A DNA stretch of 64,000 bases, from the NCBI GenBank assembly GCA_964016885.1, contig OZ024742.1, positions 113,832,001 to 113,896,000 on the forward strand, read 5' to 3'. Both the position numbers and the translations under genes were made by a program. Position 1 is the stretch's first letter; the number at the start of each line of letters is the position of its first letter. This document shows, piece after piece, positions 1-14,100 of the stretch. Source of the stretch: Eledone cirrhosa (taxonomy: Eukaryota). A model generated the notes under the pieces. It did no database searches. It was not told the origin of the DNA and was given only the letters and a program-made list of their open reading frames with translations.

Positions 1-199
1 ATATAGTCATAGCCACTACATATATTGCCTTTGATCAAAAACGACCTCCATGCCGTTTGAGGGTATTATCGTTTTATGTTAGCACATGTTGAAGGAAGTA
101 ACTGTAAGTGGGTCATGGCTGACGTTTTGGCGTCGTCTGTGACCCCGTTAACAACTCACTGCTACCATGACTACTAGCGTTGTTTTCCCAAACTCAAGG

Positions 200-760
200 A
201 AGCATTTGTAGCTCAGCAAGACTTCGTTCCTAAAGAAACTAACAGCTTATTTAAATATTTTTCCCGGATGTCACATTTGCAAGGATTATTATTACCAACT
301 ACCATCTTACTCCACATAGGGCAATACGCAATGGAGTAGGTGAAAATGTGGTTGACCTGCTAAAAATTATTCTGATATCATATTTTATATTTCTCTAGGA
401 AGAGTTTATACAGCACACGCTAATCAACGTTTAATGTTTCTACTTAAGGATGCTGCTTCATACCATCAAGTTCCAACATCCTTCGAAGTTCAAAGAACTG
501 TTAATAATACTACATGCCATACCTACTTTGAAGTGTGCCTTCACCTTGGATTGCCGGAACATGATTCTCAATGTGACTTTGCATATTCAGAGGTTCCTGT
601 ATCACATATTGCAAGTAGTCTTGTTCGCTCGAGTATTAAAAGCAATTGGGAAATTGGTGATCCTAACGGCTTATGAGTAAAGTATAATGAACTGTCTAAA
701 AGATTATATGCATCATGTACAACAGATATTTCCTGAAATTGTTTTAGATTACAATGATTA
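200..760 (+). pseudogene. Decayed Helitron Rep/helicase fragment
   Basis: Frameshifted translation SLGRVYTAHANQ / CFYLRMLLH / PTSFEVQRTVNNTTCHTYFEVCLHLGLPEHDSQ matches the Helitron RepHel segment (GRxYTVHP..CYYLRLLL..GPTSFEDLRTV..ACxxLGLLEDD). Boundaries approximate. Confidence 0.8.
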
Positions 761-2099
761 CAATGATGAGATTTAACGCCCAACACCCATCCTGCATTCC
801 CGATTTCGTAAACTACCCAAGGACCACACCAGCATACAAATGAGGAAAGCAGTAGTTATCAAGCAGCAATTATTGTTTTCTGTGATGAAATTTTCATTTA
901 CAATGACAACAACCACTTGATCTAATATGACGTGTTCCCTCCCTCCTTCTCCTTACGCATCTCAACCTTAAACATCCTCAAACTAAACCCCAATACAAAA
1001 TAAGCACTAAAAGATTTTGTCTAACGGCGTAATATTGTGCTCCGGGAATATTTAATCGGAAAACAATAGCCCATGCGGCATAGCCAGAAGAGAAGTGAAC
1101 AATTATTAAAAGAAACGAAATGGTTAAATGTTTAATAATTCATAAATACTTTATTCATAATCAATATAAAATGAAGCAAATACTTAAACTGTATCATAAA
1201 GACACAAGAATATAAATATACACAAATAAGGAAAAACAGTACGAAAATGGATATTTGCAAAATTATTTCACAAAATTGAAAGTTACTGAAGTATCATTCG
1301 TACGTTTAATCAAAATTGGGTTGGAGTCTGGAAAATGTGACAAATAAGGAAAAAGAAAGAAACAAAAAATAATCACGAAGAAATGAAGATGCAAAAAAGT
1401 AAGACTGTCAATTCATTCAAAGTCAAACCCCCCTCATTTGTCTTATACTCTTACACACATACATAGGCACACACACTATATATATATATATATACATTAT
1501 TACTTTCTCTATAAAACCTATTTACGTTTTTAAAATAACTTCCGATCTTTAAGTGGGATAGACCACCCATCATAACGAAAATCGTAATAGCTGTTGATAG
1601 TCCACCAGTTGGCGCTACACCCGAGCGTATAAACGGTAGTGTCTGCAGTCTGGTCGATTAGAAACAAGTGGAGTATATTTTGTCATATTCCTACAGCGTA
1701 GTGAACTTTAATAAATGTCTGCGATGACCAGGTCCTGATGTAAATTCAGACAATATGTTATATATAGGTATATGTTTACATATACTCATATGGGTGCTGT
1801 GCATTCCTGAGATACATGGTCTTGTAAGAAAATGACAAGATTTGAAATTGCTGCTATGATATTAGTAAAATGTATCTATTTTTTCGATATACATTTCTGA
1901 TTTTGTATTCTTTGAAAGATACCAGACAGATGAAATGAAGTGACATGACAGGAAATTAGTGGCAATAACGTAATTTATAAAATTGGGTTGTTAAGTCTGA
2001 GTAGAATAATCAAATCAAAAACAAAACTGAAAAAATATATATTTGAAATGAAATGAAAATAATAAAAAAAAATGTCTGTAATGCTGCTGATAAGGAACA

Positions 2100-2520
2100 T
2101 TTTGCCGATGATGAAGGTGACGCTAATAAAATCATATTCGAATCAATATCAATCTAAGTAATGTTGATGATGATAATAGTGAGGGTCGTGAAGATGACAA
2201 TAATTGTAATGATGGTAATGATGATGATGATGTCGATGATGATTAAAATAATGTTAAATATCAAGATGATGATGATCATGATGGTCGTCATCATGATGTT
2301 GGTAATGATGATGTTTCTGACAATGATATTAATGATTATAATGGTGGTGATGTTACTGATGAGAATTATTAGATTGGGGTGTTGATGGTGCTGGTGATAG
2401 TGATGATCATGATCATTATGATATTGATGAGTATCATAACGATGATGGTGATCAAGATTATACTGAGAGTGATAATGAATGTGATGTTGATGATGATACT
2501 TGTATTAAGAATACCATTAA
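2100..2520. repeat. Degenerate (GAT/ATG)n trinucleotide microsatellite
   Basis: Runs of gatgatgat/ataatg; produces spurious Met/Ile-rich ORFs. Confidence 0.9.
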
Positions 2521-5311
2521 TAATATTAGAAATATGCTTAACATTTCTCTTTATGTTATTCTAACAATATTATTTTTTTTTATATTTATATGTTTGAAAT
2601 TCTATTTTTATTTATTCATATGTTTTCACAATTTGATTGTAAAAGGGATTCCTTGACAAATCTCATAAATGGAACCTTTTAGAGATATTTCATGGTGCGC
2701 AGCTTTCATATTTCATCACGCTGTGTAATTTTATCCATGGAAGGATATAATTTTGCATTGACAGCAGTGCAAAGCAAAAATGTTCTAGTAAAGAGGAATA
2801 ACAAAAAGTAATATAAACATAAATCCAATAATAATGAATATAATATGAGAAAAAAATGCAATTCAAAAACATTTCTATTAAGATATATTACATTTTATTT
2901 GGAACGTTTTTTTTATTAATAAGGATAACCTTTTCTTCTGATGTGATTTTTTTTTTTTAATTAACTTTTTCATTTATTGAAAATGACAACAAAATCCTGT
3001 TCTCTCAAATTTAAATGAAAATAGAAAGGAAACATGTTGAGAGTTTTTTTTATTCTAAACATTACATTTTCACCATCTGTAATAGTTCAGTTAAATGTTC
3101 TTCTTACTATCCCAACCCTACTTCATATGCTAGTATTATTTTTCTCTTTGTTCTTCCTGAGTTGACTGTTCTTTGTTTACGTCATGGAATAGAGCAAATG
3201 TATGACAGGAATATTCTGATCAAATAATATAATTTTCAAGTGTAAAATATGGTTCTAATACAAGGTAATTATATAAACAACTTAATTTTGTTCACTGAAA
3301 AAAGTTAGAATCACTTAGTCAAAGTGCTCGTAAAGTAGTTTGGTTACCGATAATTTAGACATTCCATAGACAAATACGTTGCTACTGACTCCATTCCCGA
3401 ACCCCTTTAATTGAGACGAATCACCATAAATTACAAGGATTAATGATTTGTTATTTCCATCACTAATGTTCACATTTTTTTCGGTTTGTTTAAAAACAAA
3501 ACTTACTAATTAAAATATCGATAATTTTCTGTTATCCAGATCAAACAAATGGTTTTGACTATAAAGTGCTGAACATCTGACCATATGGACATAAATTTCA
3601 TCAGAAAAGCTTCCATTCTATACTATACTACAAAATGTCATACACAATTCCTCACTTGATTCAGTACATTTCGTCAGTACAGTTTATCTAATGTTCTATT
3701 TAATTCATATAATGCATGTTACTGTTTAGGGTACATGGGCTGGATGCATACAATAAAAGTGGAATCCGCTAAAATCATCCGCTAAGTAACATGTGATGGT
3801 GTTAAACAGATTAATCGAATGTATCAATAAACTAAATAGCCCACACGAGCATATGGCATTGTAGCGTTGTTGCAATTGCAAGTCAGAAGGAAGCTGTACT
3901 CATCCATTACATTTCAATCATCAGAACGTAGGGGGTGAGGCCTCCTATTCTCGATGCAAATATGTTGATATACGTTTTCCAAAAGGGTGGTTCCTACTAT
4001 TAGAATTAATCTTCTATATGCTTGCAAATAAAAGGGAAAGATGATTACTGTAATTGGTAAGTGTCACCGTCCTTTATATTTGTTTCAGCACAAATTCCGT
4101 CGATGTAGCTAAACCCAAATAGCTCTGATAAACTGCAGGATTATATCAGAATGTATTACACAATGAACTCTAAAGTGGCATTGGATAGAGAACTATGTAG
4201 CGATGAAACACAATTATTAACCCGACTACCATGCCTTATCGCTGTACCAGTATATACTTGAAATGTTTTAGGATAAATAAATGACGAAATGACCAAAAGA
4301 CAGATCATAGATCTCGTAAATAGTAAACGTTTAAATGCCAAACCATAATGATCATGATAGTAACGGAGTACTTGATGTTCCACATTTCTAAGCTACCAGG
4401 CGATTACGTAGCGAAACGCCTATCAATACAGATCTTTTATAATCAACTTTAATTTAGACCAGGATAATATTGATAGAATAAACAAGAAGAACATTTCAGA
4501 GGTGTCAATGATGTTTTTAGATTTACGTAAGACTGTATAATATATAGGAATGCGATTTGAAGAAACATTCGCTATTGCTGTCATCATTTGTGTTGATAAA
4601 ATTGTCAGTCGTATATTTTTGTTCTACTTTTCTGTTGTAAATATAATGCGAATACAATGCAAATCTATTAATCACACACAGGCGTTTATAATTTTGTATA
4701 CGCTAATGTTACTGTGTCAGAATAATCATTTAAGTAGGGCGATTTTCCTATTGTCACAGTTAAATGTTATTACGAATATAAAATATTTTCCCATTTCAGC
4801 ATTCGGTATTTAACAAGAAGATACAGGTTTATTTTCAAAAGCTCAGTTTATTAACAGATACAAAAGACGGCTTCTCCAGATATAAAGTTATATGCATGTG
4901 CATATTCACATGTATACATGTACATATATATACACACACTCATACACATATACATACGCATATGCATACATAAATATGTACACACAGACATACCTGTATA
5001 CATATGTGTATAGAATATCCATTAAGCACTACTTCGTTACTAGCAAACAATGAGAAACCGACAGTTGATTTGATGTTTCTATAATGATGTCTCACTTGAT
5101 GGGAAGCCAATTAAATCCACAAAACAGGCGTCACACGCTAAAGAACCAACTTAGAGATGAAGAGAAGGTTTGTATTATGAATTTGAATTAGCTAAAACTC
5201 ATGACGTTGGGAATCTTTGCTGAAATAATTTATGTAAAGAGTCATACATACACACACACATGCATACATATACATCTGTATATATATATTCGAAACTGAA
5301 GTATTTCAGGT

Positions 5312-5380
<69 letters not shown>

Positions 5381-5382
<2 letters not shown>

Positions 5383-6430
5383 CTAGCAGAAGTACTAGGC
5401 GTGGCGCGTGTTAAAGAATATAGTTAAAACTTTTAGTCTGGTAAATAAATAGCCGAACTTTTCAAAGAGTAATTCCATATATGGGAAGATTGTAGTTGTC
5501 AAGAGAATTGGTCAAAATTTGTTGTAAACACAAATAAGTCATGGCATTTGGTAGGAGGTATGGGTGGCTGAACTTGCCTGTAGAACAATGAGGGAGTGGG
5601 TGGAGCCGGTAAAGTGAAATATATAAGGCAAATTCTCAGGATTGTGTATGAAAGTAAGCAAGAGGAGGTATGCGAAAAAAGGTTTCTTGAGAAAATAGAG
5701 GAGGGGCGTTATAGAATGTGTAAATCAATTGAGATTAGGAAACAACAACAAACATAATAATACTAATACTTAAATTTTGCTGGATCATTTGATCCATGGA
5801 TGTAAATATGTTTCTGACTTCCAGCTTAACGCCGACCATAGGTAATGTAGGGCTCTTCAAACTAAACTGGCAATCAAAAATATTTAGCCTTGAGATTTGT
5901 TGATGGTTGTGGCAAAATTAAGCCCCTTTAGAAAAGTCGTTTGAATTGAAATGATACATCAGTGGGGATAAGAAGAATTCTTAGAACGAACACATCCTCT
6001 CCCCTACCACACTGTGTTAAAATTGTCGCTTGAATGACGTGTGGGTACACATTTTTCACAACAAACAGAGTGCCATTAAATAGTGTTGGTGGAGCCCAAA
6101 CCCTCAATAACAGGTGAAGGACATGAGAAGATATTCCGGATGATTTTATCGAGTTGAAGAACTCCGTGTGTTAATTGACAGACTCTCTCTCTTCCACCAC
6201 AATGTTGACAGATCGATAGAATTGAGAAAACAATGGAATTCTTTTTAAGAGTTCTTGATTTAATCAATTATATAGTCACAGTGTTAGGGGGCATTATTGT
6301 CCTTTCACTGACCCGCTTGCGATTTTCGAACTGATATTCAAGATTAGGGATTACTGTTTCTATGAGATGGATTAATGATTCCACCATCGTGACTATGGGA
6401 CTTATATCAGAAAAAGAAATATGTATAAAT
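5381..6430 (-). mobile_element. Helitron remnant: Pif1 helicase C-terminus plus 3' end (CTAG)
   Basis: Minus-strand translation VIPNLEYQFENRKRVSERTIMPPN ... FNGTLFVVKNVYPHVIQATILTQCGRGEDVFVLRILLIPTDVSFQFKRL ... FATTINKSQG. CTAG terminus at 5383-5386, next to (TA)n. Confidence 0.85.
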
Positions 6431-6538
6431 AGGGGCAGAAAAGGAAATATGTATAAAGTATACATACATAATGTCTGCATGCTTATGTTGTTGTACATTT
6501 ATATACATACATATCTACGAATGATATATTCCTATAAT

Positions 6539-7830
6539 TAGAAGTAGTAACACAAAAGTTAGTTCACCGTACCGAGAATAAGTTTTTCACCTTGCGGATC
6601 TTGAGCTCGCACTAAGAGTGGTTGTACGGAGCGGGAAAATGAGAAACAACCGTACGAATACGCATGCGCAGAGACGGTTAATTCACTCACGCGACAAAAA
6701 TCTGGTACGTGTGGGGCACCTTCCTACTGTTTTTAGAAACTTCGTGAATAATATCGGTATTAGAATCTCTAACCTCTCCTCTGATAAAGCACTATTTAAC
6801 TGAGCCCCACCCTACTACAACACGGCGTTAGCTAACAGTGGCTTCTCGCAACCAATTACTTACTCCGAAAAAATATATGGTTCTCTCCCGCCTTTTCACT
6901 CAACGTTAAACCTAATGTAGGATAAAAATGTTAACCCTTTTAGATAGACACTTTCCCATAGGTCACAAATACCACTCCATATTTAACAGATGCAGGGTAA
7001 ATCTAGGATACTCCTACGCTAAGAATATGAAGGCCCACATCACCAACAGGTCTAAGAGCGGCATCCCAACTGGATGCTCTCTAAGAAAGCCTGGAGCTTG
7101 TCCCTTTAAACAACAATGCTGCACACAAACTGTAGTTTATGAAGCTGTGGTCACTTCCAGCCGACCAACTCAACAACAGGAGGTTAAATCTTATGTAAGT
7201 ATGGCAGAGGGCCGGTTTAAGGAACGCTCCTGAACCATCAGTCTACATTTAGATACCCGGACAAACAATCGTCCACGAAATTCGCGAAACACGTATGGTC
7301 CCTTCAAGACTCAGATGTAGAATACTCCACCCAATGGAAAGCCATCAGCAAGTCTAAGCCATACGCAACATACGCAAGGGGTAATCCGTCTTGGGGACTG
7401 TGCATTGAAGAAAGGATTAATATTCTGAGGAGATTACGCGAGAGCGATTGCCTAAATTCATGAAATGAGCTTTCTGACGTTCTGCACACGTCAGGGAAAC
7501 ACCTATGGCATAAATACAAAGTTCCGGATTGAATATATCAACGTTCTAATATTCTAAGCAACTCGAACAATTTATTCCGGACATTCGCAGTTATCTCCCT
7601 TACACCTTTCGACCGTGGATTTTTAACGCCTAGGGGAGGTAGCTGTTTCTGCGCATGCATATTCATACGGTTGTTTATCCTTTTCCTCTCCGTACAACTA
7701 TTCTCAGTTCGAGCTGAAGATCCGCAAGGTGAACAATTTGTTCTGGGTTTGATTAACTAACTGTTGTGTTGCTACTTCTACCAAACTCATCCCATGAACT
7801 GAGTGCCGATATTTTCATCCAGTGTGCTAC
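6539..7830 (+). mobile_element. 5'-truncated Penelope-like element (thumb + GIY-YIG) with inverted pLTR
   Basis: RISNLSSDKALFN, LLDRHFPIGHKYHSIFNR, CPFKQQCCTQTVVYEA..SYVSMAEGRFKER. 6539-6677 is the reverse complement of about 7641-7780. Confidence 0.85.
7710..7746 (+). ncRNA. Decayed minimal hammerhead motif in pLTR (inverted copy at 6573-6609, minus strand)
   Basis: cgag CTGAAGA tcc-gcaa-ggt GAAC aatttg tt ctgg. The inverted copy has GAAA and stem I cgag/ctcg but a CTCAAGA core, so the lesions are complementary. Confidence 0.55.
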
Positions 7831-7885
<55 letters not shown>

Positions 7886-7888
<3 letters not shown>

Positions 7889-8520
7889 AAAGTTATATTT
7901 AAAATTGTTGGGTTACAACTAGTAAATATTTATAACTGATATAAAAGCACTCGACAAATATTTGGAGTATATTTACAATATTAAATAAATGGAAACTATA
8001 TTTATAAAACCATATTTATTTCATTATATATATTTCGGGGATATCATATTAACAATATGCTATGCCTTCCTCAGACAAAATGCAATATAAACAGTTTTAT
8101 AGATAAATAGATTCGACATACCGTTATAACAGCGACTTGCATTTGAAGAGGTTAAGCTGGCAGTGAAAAAATTTTATACAGAGAGAAAGAAAGAGAGAAA
8201 AAAGAAAGAAATACAGAAAACGAAGAAAAGGAAGAAAAAGAAGAAATGCATGGAACAAAAAATAGAGATGGAAAGATAGATAAAGAGAAGAACTTCATGT
8301 AAAAAAACAGAAAGAGATATATATAGAGAGAGAGAGAGGAAATAGAGATAGATACATATATATATAGAAAATGAGGTAGTGGGAGGTCATTTTGAGTAAA
8401 TGTATCAATGATACATTTATTTATTTATTTATTTAGCTCTAGTATTAATGTAAGGGAGATATATATATATAGAGAAAAAAATATAGAGAGAGAAAAAATA
8501 GCGAGAGAAAAAATTTAAAA
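7886..8520 (-). mobile_element. Non-coding hammerhead-bearing repeat (same family as 30793-31352 and 52711-53271)
   Basis: Shared sequence tacaatattaaataaatggaaa...gccttc(c/a)tcagacaaaat...gtattaatgtaaggga. Confidence 0.8.
8017..8082 (-). ncRNA. Type I hammerhead motif
   Basis: Minus strand: attttgt CTGAGGA aggcatagcatatt-gtt-aatatgatatcccc GAA ATATATAT A atgaaat. Palindromic stem III, AUA triplet. Confidence 0.6.
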
Positions 8521-9512
8521 ATAGCCAGATATATTCGAGGCGTAAAAACCCTATGTCTTAATGTATTAGAATTCATAAAACTTCCACTATATTGTAAATA
8601 CCAGTATTCCTGAATGAGACAAGTATCCATAGTGCGTGAAAATTAATTATCTTATGTTTAGTTTTAAAAAAAATTCATATGTTTATGTTATAGCTACAAA
8701 CATCCATGCGAATCCACATTATCAACTCTGCAAACTCTAAGTTCACGGAAAACATTCTCAATGTGGTATAAACATTTGAGTATACATATATGTGTATTAT
8801 TATTCCTGTCTTTACTCTACAAGATTATCTATCAAGCAGAAATAGAGAGCAGATTTCAATATACTTATAAAAATATATATCAGAAACAAAACTAAAAATA
8901 AAAAGATAACAATAATAATAATAAGTAATAATAAAATAGAAAACTAAAAAAATATTACGAAAGAATATTACATATTAAAAATATTACATACTAAAAAATA
9001 TTACGTATTAAAAAATATTAGGTATTAAAAAATATTACGTATTAAAAAATTTACATATTAAAGATATTAAAAATAAAAATAAAAAATATAAAATATTATA
9101 ATATACTACAATAATAAAAAATAAATATAAACCACAAAGATCAACCCTTCAAAATTAATTGACAATATATTGCCAAGTTCATTATAAGACAAAGCCAAAA
9201 ATTATCTATCAAATCACATCTAGCAAAGATCATTTCAAAAAGTTTATGATGTCCAATTTGGTCTACATGTGTTCTTATATTTATTATAGAAGTTTATCTA
9301 GTGTAAGGTTTATTCGAAATATTTGGAGCATCAGCTTTTAGGGTAGCTTAATTTTTCATGAGGAATGTTTAAATAAAAATAAAATAAAAATAAATAAACA
9401 ATAAAAATAATAAAAAAAGAATAAAAAAGAATAAAAAGAAGGAATCAAAAATTTAAGGAATCAAAAATTTATCGGCTAGTTTCCCATATAAATATAAATC
9501 AAACTAAATATA

Positions 9513-10160
9513 CTACATTTTAAATTTAAATTTATATTTAAACGTTGAGTTTAATCTATGTTTGCAACAACTGAATAAATTTGTCCGTAGATTAAGGGAA
9601 TTTTTAGATTTTAGTATAAAGAATATCTCCTCTGCGCAGAGGTCACATGTCTCAGAGGATGAATTAAAAGGAATCCCTCTTGAGACTATATTCCAAGCCG
9701 TCGAATATCTAACGTTATCTAGCTTAAGTTGCCAGAGTACGCCTGATAGTGTCGTTGAAGATTTTTTACTTGGATCTGTGAAAGAATTCTTGTGGTTATT
9801 ATAGCGAAGTTTAAATTCCGTCGATGTGGAACCGACGTAGTTAAAAGAATTAGAGTCAGTATTAACATTACAATTGTATACTATATTTTTAACTAAGCAG
9901 TTGTTATTTAACGGACATTTAGATCTATCTCTACAGTTACATTTGTTAACTTGTATATTATTTATGCTATTATCACTAGGTTTTAAGTTCCTATTATTTA
10001 TTCTATTAATATTTTGTGCTAAATTTTTGGTGGATGAGTAGGTTAATTTAATTGTATGTCTATTGAAAATTGAGTGATACCTATGTGTTCTAGGGAAGCG
10101 ATTATCAAGAGCTTTGAAAAATAATTTAGCGATGTGGGTTTTAACGAACTGTTAGAAAGG
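9513..10160 (-). pseudogene. Penelope-like element C-terminus with GIY-YIG endonuclease (no start codon, so absent from the ORF track)
   Basis: FVKTHIAKLFFKALDNRFPRTHRYHSIFNRHTIKLTYSS..CNCRDRSKCPLNNNCLVKNIVYNC..NYVGSTSTEFKLRYNNHK..CDLCAEEIFFIL..CCKHR; TAG stop at 9513. Confidence 0.9.
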
Positions 10161-10217
10161 CAGCTGTATATCTCGCTCTGGTGTGTTACAAATCGGAGCT
10201 CATTATTTACAGGGAAT

Positions 10218-10408
10218 TCAAGGGCGGTGAATTGGCAGTATCGGTAGAGGGTTGGACGCCATGCTTTGACGCATAGAGTTACGGCCCTTGCCATTCTGAG
10301 TTCAAATCCCGCCGAGGTTAACTTTGCCTTTCATCCTTATGGGGTCGATAAAATAAAGTACCAGTAATGTACTGGATAATTGCTGGCCTTGTGCCAAAAG
10401 TAGAAACA
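10218..10408 (+). mobile_element. tRNA-derived SINE with 16-bp target-site duplication
   Basis: A-box-like tggcagtatcgg, B-box gagttcaaatcc; attatttacagggaat flanks it at 10202-10217 and 10409-10424. Confidence 0.9.
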
Positions 10409-10648
10409 ATTATTTACAGGGAATATCGAGGGCCTATGCCTCCGTTAATATATCGTGATATTTCGCTCCTAATAACAGTCTTTCCTATCTCTGTTTGGTT
10501 AAGCACACTTCTCTGAGAAGCTTTGGGCTGCCCTTTCTAGCAGTTCGTCCCTCAGAGGCCACTGGTTCACTGCCCTTAAATACGCTGTGACTTCTCTCTC
10601 CCACGTGTAGCTGGAGAGTCAATTTTAAAATTCTCTTAGTGTTGCCTT

Positions 10649-10742
10649 ACACACGCTGATGAACCGAGTCTAACCCATTTCTTTCAACAAAATACTGGTG
10701 AAACATATCTTTGGATTGGTATCTTTGGATTTGTACGTGTGT
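10649..10742 (+). ncRNA. Type I hammerhead ribozyme, intact core, GUA cleavage site
   Basis: Stem I acacacg/cgtgtgt; CTGATGA 10656-62; stem II acc(g)agt/actggt; GAAA 10700-03; stem III ACAtATC/GATtTGT; predicted cut after A10735. Confidence 0.8.
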
Positions 10743-10911
10743 TATATAGGTATAGAGGTATTTATTTACACTTTAATTCATATTTTTAATTATCGTGTCT
10801 ATAGTCTGCCTTTCATAGTTTATAGTTTCTATACACTGGTGTTTTTTTTCCCTGTTTTGTTGCTAACGCGCTGTATATCTCTCTCTGGTGTGTTACCTTT
10901 TCAACATATTG

Positions 10912-11105
<194 letters not shown>

Positions 11106-14100
11106 GTATCCATGTATGTGTATGTGCGCACGAGTATATCTATGTATAGGTGAGTAACTGTAATTAAACGGCTTCCGATTTCTCTCCGATATGTTAATGT
11201 GTTCATTCCAATTCCATCCAAATAAAATATAACGTTGTTGCTTTTGATTTTAATTTTACAGTGAGTGTAGCCAGCTACCTTGTGCTGAACTGTTAGTAAT
11301 ATATTAAATATATCAGGGAATCCGAATGCATATGTTTTTGTGCTGAAAATTGCGAAGTATAAACTACATGTTAAGAAATGACAACGTATATGCAGCTTCT
11401 TTCAATATATTTCGATGTAGATTTCATTTGTTAAATTCCAGTGATTCCTTTGTACTTTCGATGGTATCGTGTAATACATTCTATCATGTTACTTTTTTTA
11501 AGGATTTTTTCCTATTTTTTTCGGAAGATTGAGTTCCTGTAAATTGTGATGTATACAATCGGTAACCTTTTTACGAACGTGTAACTTATCATGTTGCACG
11601 TTCGTGTATTCCGGTGTGGTTTATAATTTACACTGCGGAAATTGGTTTTTCGGCTTAAATCCCATAACGAATATGAAGATGGCCTCGGTCCGACCTAAGC
11701 GTTGTGAAATAATAGCTGTCGGAAATTGTATGGGTTTGATCTCATTTTCATGTGGAAGTTTAATCTCCCCAGTGGTTTAAACACAATTGACGAGTCCTTG
11801 GATTTTTTCTATTTTTTCTTCCTTTTTTTTGCTTGTGATGTTTCTAACCAGAGAGTAATATTTTCCTTTCTTTCTATATGATACAATAGCCCGGAAACAT
11901 GTCATGGTTGTTGTCCTTCCTCTTGTGATAAAACCACATATAAAAGATAGTGTTACCCAGCAGTGATGTATTATAATTTACAATAATTATATATTTTGTG
12001 ATCCTTGAGAAATACGTTAAGGGTGCGCGTGTTTGAGAAATGTTTGGCCACATCCACGTTATTTTGGGGACCAAGCTGTTCTGTTTATCGTATCCGACGG
12101 AGTACAACTACAACTATAGCATGTTATTGTTTAGGTTATGTTGGTTTGTACCGATTGGGCCTATGTTTGCAAAACGTCTCAGGCACACTTATATATTATT
12201 TCGTTAATAAAATAATTCGATTAAACATTGCCTGAGCTCTCACTTCTAGCATATCAAACGACCTAGTAGATTCGTTATTTAGTTTGTTTATCATATCTAA
12301 CAATTATAGCAACAATGTGTGTATTTGTTATTTATATTTGCTGTTACTTTACTAATAAATTGTAGTTGATATTGAAGAAAAGTAAATATATTAATATTGG
12401 AATTATTAATTATTTATAGAGATATTAATATAAAGATACGGAAATATTAATGTTCAAACGTTATTGATAGATAAGTATTGATTTATTTAAATTAATAAAA
12501 GAAACGAAGTAAAATATTGTTAGTATATTGCACAATGAAATATTTCAAGTATATTTTTGAGGCTTGATTCTTATAGTATTTTTCTACAAGTTTAGACGAG
12601 TTAATTTATGTCACGCAATTCCCATGAACCCATCCAAAATATACCAGCCGAAATTAATTATTGTTTGGGGCAGAGAAAATATTTCATAATTGCACATCAT
12701 ATACACCATACTGAGAATCTTCCCTATTTAACCTCGTACTAAATGTTTTCGAGTTTTATGCCAAATATTCATGATTTTCGTTCCGGTATCTTAGTCTGTT
12801 CTTTGCGGTACGTATCTTCCCATAGAATTGACCCACATATTTTGAGACAAATTTGAAAGTGTCTAGAACATCGTGGGCTAGACTGCAACTGTAATTAACA
12901 ATGACCATCCGTATTATACGAGATATCTAACAAAAATACTGCATCGCTTATGTTTATTCTATGAGATATTGAGCCGTTTGTTTTATAAATTTATATTATA
13001 CTTAACCGCATATATGGAACAGTTACTTTCGAAATCGATGGATGTCAATACATTTTATAACCTGGTAATATTTAATTAGTATGTGTGTATGTTTTTAATT
13101 TCAATAACATTTCAGATATTACCCTTACATTTAAAGCATATTTACAAACACATTACATATAACATTATATCATTATGTTTTTAACTTTTATATCAATACG
13201 ATGATATCTGGCAGCTATTTCTTGAAGTTACTGGAAATGCCAGAACGCTGAACCTTGTCGTTTAATATAGTTCCCCTTATTTTACATCCTTGATAATAGT
13301 TGAAATTATGTTTCATATTCAACATATGGCATAATCTGAGAATAGGATAAGATGGACATATCTCCACATTTCTCATTTCATTTTACCACAAAAGTGTACA
13401 CATGTTTTAGATCTAGGTTATCCATGACTGGAATGTATACTAACATTTTAAACAAGGTGTGGCATACATTGACTACAGAATTATAGTCAATGTTTACCGC
13501 ATTGATTCAGTCGTTATGTGTGCCGTTTGTCATAAGGTTAGGAAAAAGGAGATGAATTTGTCTCTAATATAGGTAAATTGATACCAATTTTGAGGAAGGT
13601 TTCAGTTAGATTTGTGTTATTTTATTCACCGGTCACATAACACTGAAATTAACTATTGGTCTCTGTGAGATTTCAAATCATAATTAATTGAGCTGGAAAA
13701 TTACCGCAATACATATTTGTAACACATTGGGCCTTCTGTCATTCTCTGGCCTTAATATATAGCAATATCTATTTCTACAAAATACATAAAAACACACGTT
13801 TAAGATAATTGTATAGATGAATGGGACAACGTAACTGCTAATGCGGTTAGGAATTCAGAATTCACATGGAGAAATCGCTACATCAGATATATGGAGATAT
13901 TTAGTAGAAGAGTATAATGCAAATGTAAAAACTTCTGTTCATCTACTTCTATAGTCATCCGTACATCGAAGGGGAAACATTCCCTTTGCATTTTCTAATG
14001 GCTAGAATATATGCGGCTCAACACAACTGCATAATCAAATGGAATAGATGTGCCAAACATTTGTCGTATTAATATATGATCATCCGAAAAAGCATTGGTT

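Noticed and set aside
1601-1618. ccaccagttggcgcta, a CTCF-like motif
   Set aside because: Single imperfect short match with no supporting context; similar words occur in transposon ends.
2161-2564. Met/Ile-rich ORFs
   Set aside because: Product of a GAT trinucleotide repeat.
10218-10320. tRNA gene
   Set aside because: A/B-box-like motifs are present but there is no cloverleaf; it is a SINE head with a TSD and several copies.
11670-11710. atgaagatggcc...cctaagcgttgt as a hammerhead
   Set aside because: Both core halves are mutated and stem II is poor; at most a very decayed relic.
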